A stretch of DNA of 64,000 nt from Candidatus Methanosuratincola verstraetei (GCA_049570475.1 CP186953.1:256001-320000); one strand, 5' to 3'. Shown: positions 41,539 to 50,469, counted from the first letter of the stretch. Program-made: numbers and translations. Notes: a model not told the origin generated them from the sequence alone.

Positions 41539-42567
41539 TCACGTTTCCAAGACTTTTTCAACAATTTCTTGGGCAAAATGCTCCAAGTTGTCCAGGACTT
41601 TGATTCCATCCAATTTTTCTTCGAGAGGCTCTTTCGTAAATGAAAGGATTTCTATTCGCCGCTCGAGCCCAAGCTTCTTCATAGTTTCGGTATAGCGGGT
41701 TGCCCTTCGGACGGTCTCCCCAATGAACCACCTCGAATTACCAGGGGACGCTGAAAAAGGACCGGGCGCAGATATGCAGGCCACAGCACCAAGCGGTTCA
41801 ATCGTCGGCAGGAACCTTGATCGCTTTGCGCCAAAGCACATAGTAGAAACTAGATCAACGAATGCCATAAGTGCTGCCTTTACCCTGGACTCTCGCTGCG
41901 ATTCGAGCGCATTCTCCTCTTCTGAAGGCATACCAAAAGCGGTTGATACTCGCGATATCCCATCTACATCCATATTATAAGTGAAGGTGTATACCGCAGA
42001 CCCCACCTCAACGTTGTATGGTATTTGCGCCCTTGTCTCGCCCAACTGACCTTTTTTCATTTCGGAAAGTGCGTGTCGAACATGGAATTGCGCTTCCAAA
42101 GCCGACGCGTTGACCTCTTCCAATGCAGGAATCATGTATCCAATCTGGAACCGCGATGTCCTTTTTATTGGTTTTTCGCCTGCGTACAAGAAGCCGCCCA
42201 CATCGCTCACGATATCCTTAAGCATTATTTGGCTCTCTACTTTTCGCAAATCATCCATACTGCCCGGAGGCTTTATGCCTTCTTCCTCCAAAAACTTGTC
42301 GTCAGTGAACTTTATGAACTCTCCCCTAGACGAATAAAGGCCGACTGGGAGATTCATCTCTTTTGCCCTTTTTACGAGCAATTCCTGGTATGCATGAGCT
42401 ATGGACTCGCCAGATATCGCCGGGACGTATCTTATTGTGTAGCCACCCGATTCGTTAACAACGATCGGAACAGTTCGATGCCTCGATAGGTTTCCTATTG
42501 ACTCTATTCCGTTAAGGCTTTCAACATTAACCAATAGTCTGAAAGACGTGCTCAGAAATCCCTTCAT
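41539..42567 (-). CDS. cas7: Type I-A Cas7 (Csa2)
   Basis: SLNGIESIGNLSRHR, VPAISGES, DVGGFL, GAKRSRFLP. Confidence 0.93.
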   Translation of the reverse strand: MKGFLSTSFRLLVNVESLNGIESIGNLSRHRTVPIVVNESGGYTIRYVPAISGESIAHAYQELLVKRAKEMNLPVGLYSSRGEFIKFTDDKFLEEEGIKPPGSMDDLRKVESQIMLKDIVSDVGGFLYAGEKPIKRTSRFQIGYMIPALEEVNASALEAQFHVRHALSEMKKGQLGETRAQIPYNVEVGSAVYTFTYNMDVDGISRVSTAFGMPSEEENALESQRESRVKAALMAFVDLVSTMCFGAKRSRFLPTIEPLGAVACISAPGPFSASPGNSRWFIGETVRRATRYTETMKKLGLERRIEILSFTKEPLEEKLDGIKVLDNLEHFAQEIVEKVLET

Positions 42568-43004
42568 TTTCTTATACCTCCATTCAATTGCGCTTTAGCA
42601 GAAAGATACATTGCCAACGATGCCAAAGATCTCGCAATGTGCGGATTTTTCTCGGCATCCTCCAAAAAAAGCTCTAATTCGGAAGTCTCGGCTATGTTTC
42701 CGTCAATAAAATACTCTCTTACATCGCTCTCTCCTCTTCCATCGCTCTCTTCTCTTACATCGCTCTCTCTTATCACTAGAATCCCCTGTTTTTTTTCATC
42801 TTTGCATTGCCTTATCTTCGGATTTTCGTCTTTTGAAACAGAGTTCAAAATTCTTGACATTTCATAAATTACCCGATTTACAGAGTCTGCCGAGAGTGCA
42901 TTTGACATGCGGTCAATCAAAGAATAACTTCCGAGGTATGTAGAAACTGCAGCAAGCGTGGACGCGACGTTTCGATATTCCTTCAAGAAAGAAGAGCCGC
43001 TCAT
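42564..43004 (-). CDS. csa5: Type I-A small subunit Csa5/Cas11
   Basis: YSLIDRMSNALS motif, helical, first gene of the interference operon. Confidence 0.75.
   Translation of the reverse strand: MSGSSFLKEYRNVASTLAAVSTYLGSYSLIDRMSNALSADSVNRVIYEMSRILNSVSKDENPKIRQCKDEKKQGILVIRESDVREESDGRGESDVREYFIDGNIAETSELELFLEDAEKNPHIARSLASLAMYLSAKAQLNGGIRK
42716..42769. repeat. In-frame 18-bp tandem repeat x3 inside csa5
   Basis: ctcttacatcgctctctc / ctcttccatcgctctctt / ctcttacatcgctctctc. Confidence 0.9.
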
Positions 43005-43043
43005 ACAAAACCCTAAAGTAGGGATTCTTTAAAAAAGTATATA

Positions 43044-43125
43044 AAGTTTTTTATATTGAACCTAATCATTTGGCTGGTGGGCTGATCATGCTGAATAAAA
43101 AGCATAAGTTTTTTATATTGGACCT
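43044..43125. promoter_or_regulatory. Direct repeat AAGTTTTTTATATTG(A/G)ACCT x2 upstream of the cas interference operon
   Basis: Copies at 43044-43063 and 43106-43125, 19/20 identical; the first abuts a minus-strand TTTATATA box. Confidence 0.6.
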
Positions 43126-43400
43126 GAAATGATTTCAGTAAATTTTAAATTAAGGCGTTTATCTCAGTTTAGAGAAATAACTATTCTCGTAAAGACTTAA
43201 TAAAAATCTAAACACAATGAAATTCGTATTGACCTTATAATTCGACGAAAAAACATGAAAGAAGATTTTGGTGGCCGTTGACTCCTCGATCCTGACAATA
43301 AAACCTCTGAAGGGAGTTGGTAAAAGGCAAGAAAGAACTTTTGAGAAGCAATATGTTACACTTTGCGTTCAAGGCTTTATGGCATTATAGAAGAGGTAAT

Positions 43401-46242
43401 CTTTCAATCCCCTTATGATGGGGTTTTCAACTTAAACCTGTCACCTGCACGTTCGAGCCTGCTGAGTACGTGTACTTTCAATCCCCTTATGATGGGGTTT
43501 TCAACTTAAACTCAGATATATTCGGGGAGCGGCGGCGGCAATAGTCCACTTTCAATCCCCTTATGATGGGGTTTTCAACTTAAACCTTGCACGTGTGTTT
43601 CAAGGGGGTTTTAGGTTAAGCTTTCAATCCCCTTATGATGGGGTTTTCAACTTAAACTCAGAGAAAAAGCAATTCCTAGGCTTATAGCTAAACGTCTTTC
43701 AATCCCCTTATGATGGGGTTTTCAACTTAAACTAATTTTCACATTAATCACCGTGATTAATTATAACTTTCAATCCCCTTATGATGGGGTTTTCAACTTA
43801 AACTTATACAAATATATGCAAAAAACTGAATATACTTATGCTTTCAATCCCCTTATGATGGGGTTTTCAACTTAAACTCCAACTCCCCAAAAACGGCGCC
43901 ATTTCAACCACCGTATCTTTCAATCCCCTTATGATGGGGTTTTCAACTTAAACCTGCTCCACATTATTTTAAATTGTGTGTTTATAAGTCTTTCAATCCC
44001 CTTATGATGGGGTTTTCAACTTAAACTAATCCCTAAACTTATCGCAAAAAGGGAAAGATTAGCTTTCAATCCCCTTATGATGGGGTTTTCAACTTAAACA
44101 ATTCCCACAATTGCAAACCATGTCGCAAGGACTGAACTTTCAATCCCCTTATGATGGGGTTTTCAACTTAAACCACGTGTTTCGGTACTCTTGAAAAACT
44201 TGGAATTAAACTTTCAATCCCCTTATGATGGGGTTTTCAACTTAGACTTCAGAAGGTGGGTGGATGGTGACGCTCTTCTTCACTTCTTTCAATCCCCTTA
44301 TGATGGGGTTTTCAACTTAAACTTCCCTACCCAGATCATGATCTGGGTACGAGAAAGGGACTTTCAATCCCCTTATGATGGGGTTTTCAACTTAAACAGG
44401 AGTACCTCGTCGTGAGGGGCATCGCCGAGTACGTCTTTCAATCCCCTTATGATGGGGTTTTCAACTTAAACAGAACTATGCATAAGTAAATAATAATGGT
44501 GATTTAAACTTTCAATCCCCTTATGATGGGGTTTTCAACTTAAACTCCGTGTTCATTTTGATACTTATTTTCAGCTTGACAACTTTCAATCCCCTTATGA
44601 TGGGGTTTTCAACTTAAACAATACCGCAGGCGCTTCAAAACGTCAAGTTGTTTGTCTTTCAATCCCCTTATGATGGGGTTTTCAACTTAAACCCAAATAA
44701 CTCCCTAATTGGTCTAATCTTTATTTGACCTTTCAATCCCCTTATGATGGGGTTTTCAACTTAAACTAGATACGCTACAGAACGACAAAAAGCGTTCATT
44801 AACTTTCAATCCCCTTATGATGGGGTTTTCAACTTAAACCGCTATCTGGGGTTTGGTTAAATCGGTCGGCAAGTAGGCTTTCAATCCCCTTATGATGGGG
44901 TTTTCAACTTAAACCCAAATAACTCCCTAATTGGTCTAATCTTTATTTGACCTTTCAATCCCCTTATGATGGGGTTTTCAACTTAAACTCTTTTGCCGGT
45001 GTAAACGCCGCCTAAAGCAAACTTTCTTTCAATCCCCTTATGATGGGGTTTTCAACTTAAACATTATCGTTTTGTATATAAAACCTAAAAATAAAGTTCT
45101 TTCAATCCCCTTATGATGGGGTTTTCAACTTAAACCGCGGTATCCTGTTCCATCAGCCAAGAAATTGTAAAACTTTCAATCCCCTTATGATGGGGTTTTC
45201 AACTTAAACCGATCATGGCAAAACCCATACCATGGATCAAACTCGCCTTTCAATCCCCTTATGATGGGGTTTTCAACTTAAACAATAAATACTATGCTTG
45301 TTGCCATTAGATAAACTTTCAATCCCCTTATGATGGGGTTTTCAACTTAAACTATTTTATCGTGAGCTGGACAATACCTATAATATACTTTCAATCCCCT
45401 TATGATGGGGTTTTCAACTTAAACAAGCAGTTTTGCCCTTGATGAAATCCCATACACCGACTTTCAATCCCCTTATGATGGGGTTTTCAACTTAAACGGG
45501 CAGTTGAAGAATACTGCCTTCCAAAGCTGAAAACTTTCAATCCCCTTATGATGGGGTTTTCAACTTAAACCTTCAAACAGGCGTATGCAATTGCAGGCGA
45601 TACGGTCTTTCAATCCCCTTATGATGGGGTTTTCAACTTAAACCTTCTACGTGCAGCATCGGCAGAATTGAGCGTTTGCCTCCTTTCAATCCCCTTATGA
45701 TGGGGTTTTCAACTTAAACGGTCTATGCGCCACTGTACCATAGAGTTCTGAAGTGATCCTTTCAATCCCCTTATGATGGGGTTTTCAACTTAAACTGAAA
45801 ATATATGCCATAGCGGTCTTCATGCTCACTTTCAATCCCCTTATGATGGGGTTTTCAACTTAAACATTTAGTCATGCGAACGCTTCAGCATGAGCTGATA
45901 GAATGACTTTCAATCCCCTTATGATGGGGTTTTCAACTTAAACCGTGACATGCGTCAAATATGACGTCAAAGCATGAATGAGACTTTCAATCCCCTTATG
46001 ATGGGGTTTTCAACTTAAACCGTAGCTTGTATATCAGCGAAGGATCAGGGGCGAAGACATCTTTCAATCCCCTTATGATGGGGTTTTCAACTTAAACTGC
46101 ATGTCTATGAGAAGCATAAGCAATGATGTATCTTTCAATCCCCTTATGATGGGGTTTTCAACTTAAACTAGCTATCAGATGCTTGACATGCATCAGGATA
46201 CGATACTTTCAATCCCCTTATGATGGGGTTTTCAACTTAAAC
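43401..46242 (-). CRISPR. CRISPR array, 39 repeats (37 bp; + strand CTTTCAATCCCCTTATGATGGGGTTTTCAACTTAAAC), 38 spacers of 32-41 bp
   Basis: Counted by eye; one variant repeat (A>G at 44245). The minus strand ends in ATTGAAAG right after a CCCC/GGGG stem, giving the canonical 8-nt handle and the orientation. Confidence 0.98.
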
Positions 46243-46402
46243 TGCGGGAAATTTAGCTCTGTTTCCAGTTATCGGCGATTTTTTCATATTAAGTTTTCTG
46301 TGCCGGCGTGAAGATCGAAAAATCCCCCGGCCCTTTATAAAGATCTTCACGTTTTTGCCTAATTGACCAACAAACTTAATGCGATTAATGTGCTAATAAT
46401 TT
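46243..46402 (-). promoter_or_regulatory. CRISPR leader / divergent promoter region shared with cas2
   Basis: AT-rich, TTTATAAA at 46334-46341, at the inferred 5' end of the array. Confidence 0.75.
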
Positions 46403-46699
46403 ATGATCACTATGCAAACACTTGTAATCTATGATATTAGCGAAGATAAAAAAAGAGGAAAACTCAGAAGCCACCTTCTCAATTATGGACTTGCGAGAGT
46501 TCAATATAGCGGTCTTTTTGGCGATCTGAATCACAATGACAGATTGATATTGATCAAAGAAGTAGGAAAGTTCATCAGTTCAGAAGAGGACAGCATTTAT
46601 GTTGTGCCTCTATGCGACAGGTGTGTACGCCTTTGTAGAATAATCAGCAACTCAGGCATTACAGAAATACGCGAAAAAAATGTAGAATTCGTCCCGTGA
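46403..46699 (+). CDS. cas2: Cas2
   Basis: VIYDIS, RVQYS, DSIYVVPLC. Confidence 0.95.
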   Translation: MITMQTLVIYDISEDKKRGKLRSHLLNYGLARVQYSGLFGDLNHNDRLILIKEVGKFISSEEDSIYVVPLCDRCVRLCRIISNSGITEIREKNVEFVP

Positions 46700-47593
46700 A
46701 TGGGGAGAAAAATGTACTTTCTCTCGAGTCTTGATCAGAAGAAACTTTTTGACAAGGTGCTAAGGGCTGCAAGAGAGGTGGGTGTTTCCGAAGACCTCAG
46801 AGGCTGGAACTGGAACCGACCTCCGCTTAGACCTGTCTATGAGGAGAAGATACCGATGTACTCAGTCTGTTCAAAGTATTGCCCTACATCGAGAGATGTT
46901 TTCCTAAATAAAGTGAAGGGGATAACAGGAAAGACAAATGAGCCGGTGATTCTGGGGACGGCTATACACAAGACGGTTAGCACGGTCATAAGTAGCTTCC
47001 TTGATGGCAGCATCCCTTCCTTTGATGACTGGTACGCGGAAACGCTTCGATCCAAAAATGTGAGTTGCGCAATTGACGCTGTGAAGGAGAAGGCAAAAAC
47101 AGTTTGGAATTATGTCCTGAAGAACTGCGAAATCCAATACACCAACAGGCTTAGCGAGCAGCCCTATGCCTCAAGAAGGGATGCGCTGGCGACCTCAGTG
47201 CCATTCTTGGTTGAACACAAGGTCTCTGGCGAGTTGCTTGGACTTTCTGGCCTACTTAGCATCGACTGCTATGACTACCTTCGTGGAATAGTCTTCGACC
47301 TAAAGGTTGCGCACGAATATAAGGATTGGTACCGGCTGGCACCGACTGGATATGCAATAGTTCTAGAAAGTGTTTACGAAGTTCCAATAGACGCGGGTTG
47401 CATCGTCTATTTGTGGTTCCAAGGAAATGAACTGAGGGCTTCAAAAGACATGTTTTTTATCAATGACGACTTAAGGAGCTGGTGGCTCGAGGAGAGGGAT
47501 CAAAAACTCTCAATCGTTGCCCAAAAGATGGATCCAGGAATACCTCCGAAATGTTATGAAGATTGCATTTACAGGGAGGCTTGCAGAGGATAG
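46700..47593 (+). CDS. csa1: Type I-A Cas4/Csa1
   Basis: VSEDLRGWNW, CPTSRD, DLK, terminal C..C....C. Confidence 0.9.
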   Translation: MGRKMYFLSSLDQKKLFDKVLRAAREVGVSEDLRGWNWNRPPLRPVYEEKIPMYSVCSKYCPTSRDVFLNKVKGITGKTNEPVILGTAIHKTVSTVISSFLDGSIPSFDDWYAETLRSKNVSCAIDAVKEKAKTVWNYVLKNCEIQYTNRLSEQPYASRRDALATSVPFLVEHKVSGELLGLSGLLSIDCYDYLRGIVFDLKVAHEYKDWYRLAPTGYAIVLESVYEVPIDAGCIVYLWFQGNELRASKDMFFINDDLRSWWLEERDQKLSIVAQKMDPGIPPKCYEDCIYREACRG

Positions 47594-47612
47594 GGCAAAC
47601 GAGGGGGTTCCT

Positions 47613-48638
47613 GTGAAGAGACTTGTAGTCGATGGTTTTGGCAAATTCATAAAGCGCGAGGGGGATCAGATAGTAGTAACTGAAAAGGGAAAAGTCGTGC
47701 ACAGGGACCTTGCCGAGGATCTGAGGCAAGTAGTTGTCATAGGAGGGGGAGGAATAAGCTTTGATGCCATGGAACTGCTTGGAGAATGCGGCGTAGACTT
47801 GATAAAGGTCGACTGGAAGGGAGAGGTTGTCTGCAGACTTTCGTCTTCACTCATGAGGACCGTCCAGACAAGAAGAGAGCAATATGCGGCATATAATGAT
47901 AAGAGAGGCGGACATCTCTCGATTGCTTTCATATATGGAAAGGTGAAGAACCAATATGCACTACTTGGAACGCTTGCGAAGGCAAGGGCTGATTCTTCCC
48001 CAAATGTTTCTGAAGCACTACTAGAAGCTCGAAATACGCTTGGGACTATTCTTAACGAACTAGAGGAGATGCCAGAGGCCCCAATAAACGAGCTGAGAGG
48101 GAAGCTTATGGGCATAGAAGGCAACTGTTCGAGGATATATTGGGAGGCGGTTTCAAAAATACTTCCTGAAGAGTTCGGGTTCCCAGGCAGAAGTGGGAGG
48201 TATGCAAAAGATCCTATCAATGCAATGTTGAACTACGGGTACGCACTCTTAGAGGGGGAGGTCTGGCATGGTGTCCATTATGCAGGGCTTGATCCTTATG
48301 GCGGGTTTCTCCATGTGGATCGTCCAGGAAAAGCTAGCATGGTGCTTGACTTGATGGAAGAGTTTAGGCAGCAAATTGTCGACCGCAATATCATCTCGAT
48401 TGCAACAAAAGGTATGGTGAGACCTGATGAATTCGAAAATTGTGAGGGGGTTTGCAAACTCGGCGAGAAGCCAAAGAGGCTCCTTGTCGGGTCAATAGAG
48501 GCCCTCTTCGAGGAGTACATCAGGCACAAGGAAGTCAAAATCAGGTGGACGGATTTGATAATGAGCCAGGCAGTGGATGTTGCAAAGTATCTTAGGGGGG
48601 AAACATCGAAGTATGAGCCGTTCTACCTCAGGTGGTAG
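47613..48638 (+). CDS. cas1: Cas1
   Basis: MGIEG, NAMLNYGY, GFLH, DLMEEFR. Start moved to GTG 47613. Confidence 0.95.
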   Translation: MKRLVVDGFGKFIKREGDQIVVTEKGKVVHRDLAEDLRQVVVIGGGGISFDAMELLGECGVDLIKVDWKGEVVCRLSSSLMRTVQTRREQYAAYNDKRGGHLSIAFIYGKVKNQYALLGTLAKARADSSPNVSEALLEARNTLGTILNELEEMPEAPINELRGKLMGIEGNCSRIYWEAVSKILPEEFGFPGRSGRYAKDPINAMLNYGYALLEGEVWHGVHYAGLDPYGGFLHVDRPGKASMVLDLMEEFRQQIVDRNIISIATKGMVRPDEFENCEGVCKLGEKPKRLLVGSIEALFEEYIRHKEVKIRWTDLIMSQAVDVAKYLRGETSKYEPFYLRW

Positions 48639-48648
48639 CACTCCGCTT

Positions 48649-49215
48649 GTGATGGTTTCGGACATAGTTCAATACTTCTATTGCCCGAGAAAAGTGTATT
48701 ACCTGAAGACATTAGGCGTGCCTTTCAAAGTTAAAAAGAAAATGGAACTCGGGAAGAATGAAGATGATATGGAGGAAGAAAGGCTAGGGGAAAGGAAGAC
48801 GATCTATGGGATCCAACGTTCGCTCGTGAATGAGATCATCCACAACATCTACCTAGAGGATGAGAGCTTGGGTCTGGCAGGCCAAGTCGACACTCTACTC
48901 CACCTCAAAGGGAACGAATACATACCTGTCGACTCAAAGTATACCGAAGAGGCATTCGTCCAAAGGCAATACAGGAAGCAGCTCTTAGCCTACTCAATCT
49001 TGATAGACAAGACATTCAGATGCAAGGTGAGACGCGGGATTATCTATTTCATCAAGCAGAAGGCAGCAGAATGTTTAGAGATCACCGAGCTGGAAAAGAA
49101 GGCACTGATTAAAGACGTAGAAAGCATAAGGAGAATAATAGCTGGGGAGTCGATCCCAAGGAAAAGTGCCGAAAGCAAGTGCGAGTACTGCGAGGTACGC
49201 AAATTCTGCGTATGA
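48649..49215 (+). CDS. cas4: Cas4
   Basis: YCPRK, GQVD, PVDSK, QLLAY, CEYC...C. Confidence 0.92.
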   Translation: MMVSDIVQYFYCPRKVYYLKTLGVPFKVKKKMELGKNEDDMEEERLGERKTIYGIQRSLVNEIIHNIYLEDESLGLAGQVDTLLHLKGNEYIPVDSKYTEEAFVQRQYRKQLLAYSILIDKTFRCKVRRGIIYFIKQKAAECLEITELEKKALIKDVESIRRIIAGESIPRKSAESKCEYCEVRKFCV

Positions 49216-49319
49216 ACCAAAGCTTCGCTAAACAAGCCATTTCAAATTGAATTTTCAGATTATTTTAAAGCAATAAAATAAAAAATCTTATAAAAATTAA
49301 AAAAATAGTTTACATCGTC

Positions 49320-49928
49320 CTAGATCTCTATGCCTTCGCGCGGCACGTCTGCAGGCAGGTCTGGGAACTTCTCCTTTATCCTCTGCTCCGCAACGGTGGC
49401 AGCCTCTGACAATATCCTGCTTGCGTCTTCGTTAGCCGCCTCGAATGAGACGTTCAAGTTGGACGATGCTCCAGCCTCGGTCACTATCGAGGATAAGGAT
49501 TCGCTCAGGAGGCTGAAGCCTTTCTCCGCCTCGGGCACTATCTGGAATATGTTGCTTTGGACGCCTTTTATTATCGATATAGCAGGGGTGACTGTGTTTA
49601 CGAAGTCTCCATAGTCCTTGACCGTCGTCAGCCTTAATGATATCGTCTCAAGCGCTAGCTTGATCTGCGTGACCCGCTTTGCCAGCTTCCTTACCTCAGC
49701 CAGCTCGTTGGCATACATCAGCGCCCTCGACCGATCGTGCTTTGCATACGCGTCTACCACCTTTTGGAAGATCTGGCGATCCTTCTCCACTAGCTTGTTG
49801 CTGGCAAAATCCAGCCTCTGCGTCTGAGCCGAGATGAGCCTGATCGCATTCTCTATGGCGGGCTTCAGGGGTCCGCTCTGGACAGGGGCCCTCTCTTGCC
49901 GCTCCCAGTTCTTCGAAAACTCGGGCAT
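49320..49928 (-). CDS. cdvB: Third ESCRT-III (CdvB-like) paralog
   Basis: ALMYANELAEVRK, AEQRIKEKFPDLP; clearly similar to 18774..19412. Confidence 0.88.
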   Translation of the reverse strand: MPEFSKNWERQERAPVQSGPLKPAIENAIRLISAQTQRLDFASNKLVEKDRQIFQKVVDAYAKHDRSRALMYANELAEVRKLAKRVTQIKLALETISLRLTTVKDYGDFVNTVTPAISIIKGVQSNIFQIVPEAEKGFSLLSESLSSIVTEAGASSNLNVSFEAANEDASRILSEAATVAEQRIKEKFPDLPADVPREGIEI

Positions 49929-49989
49929 TTTGTAACCACACCTGATTGAGTCATGCAAAAAAGTAGTTAAAAAGAGTTTCGAACGGCAT

Positions 49990-50469
49990 TCAGCGCTCAA
50001 TCAAAACGGAGCAGTGGGCCTCCGTTGCAACCTTGCTGCTGACGCTCCCGAGCGGGGCGTACGTAGAGGGCTTCTCTTTGCTGCCTATCACAATGAGATC
50101 GATGCCGTTCTCGCTGGCGTACTTGATTATCTCCTCAGCAGGATCGCCCTCGAGTCGCATGGTCGTGTACTCGATCCCGGCCTCCGAGGCCTTCTTCCCT
50201 GCCACCTCGAAGAGCGTTGCCGCGTCCTTCATTAGAACCTCTTTGTAGGAAGGGTCCATCGCAGTGGTCTGCCTTGACTGGAGTGGGAGCTTCGTCCTCA
50301 CAACATGGACAATGTGCAGCCTCGCACAGTTAACCTTTGAGAGCAGTATGGCCCTCTCAAGGACCTTTGCCGAGACGTAGGAATAGTCTACCGCTGCCAT
50401 TATTGATTTGTAGTTCGACTTGACTTTATTGAAACCCTCAAAAAATGACGCAGTAGGGCAGGTTGTCAT
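49990..50469 (-). CDS. Universal stress protein (Usp)
   Basis: IMAAVD, GDPAEEI, DLIVIGS, LGSVS, CSVLI. Start uncertain. Confidence 0.9.
   Translation of the reverse strand: MTTCPTASFFEGFNKVKSNYKSIMAAVDYSYVSAKVLERAILLSKVNCARLHIVHVVRTKLPLQSRQTTAMDPSYKEVLMKDAATLFEVAGKKASEAGIEYTTMRLEGDPAEEIIKYASENGIDLIVIGSKEKPSTYAPLGSVSSKVATEAHCSVLIER

Noticed and set aside
43005-43400. AT-rich left flank as the CRISPR leader
   Set aside because: Repeat polarity (ATTGAAAG end on the minus strand) and the TATA box near cas2 place the leader on the right; this side is the trailer and cas promoter region.
43586-43620. Possible self-targeting of spacer 3 to ~30217-30226
   Set aside because: Only about 10 nt match. 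No convincing spacer match within the window was seen by eye; a proper alignment was not run.
44191-44415. 74-aa ORF with repeated FQSPYDGVFNL
   Set aside because: Translation of CRISPR repeats, opened by the single variant repeat.
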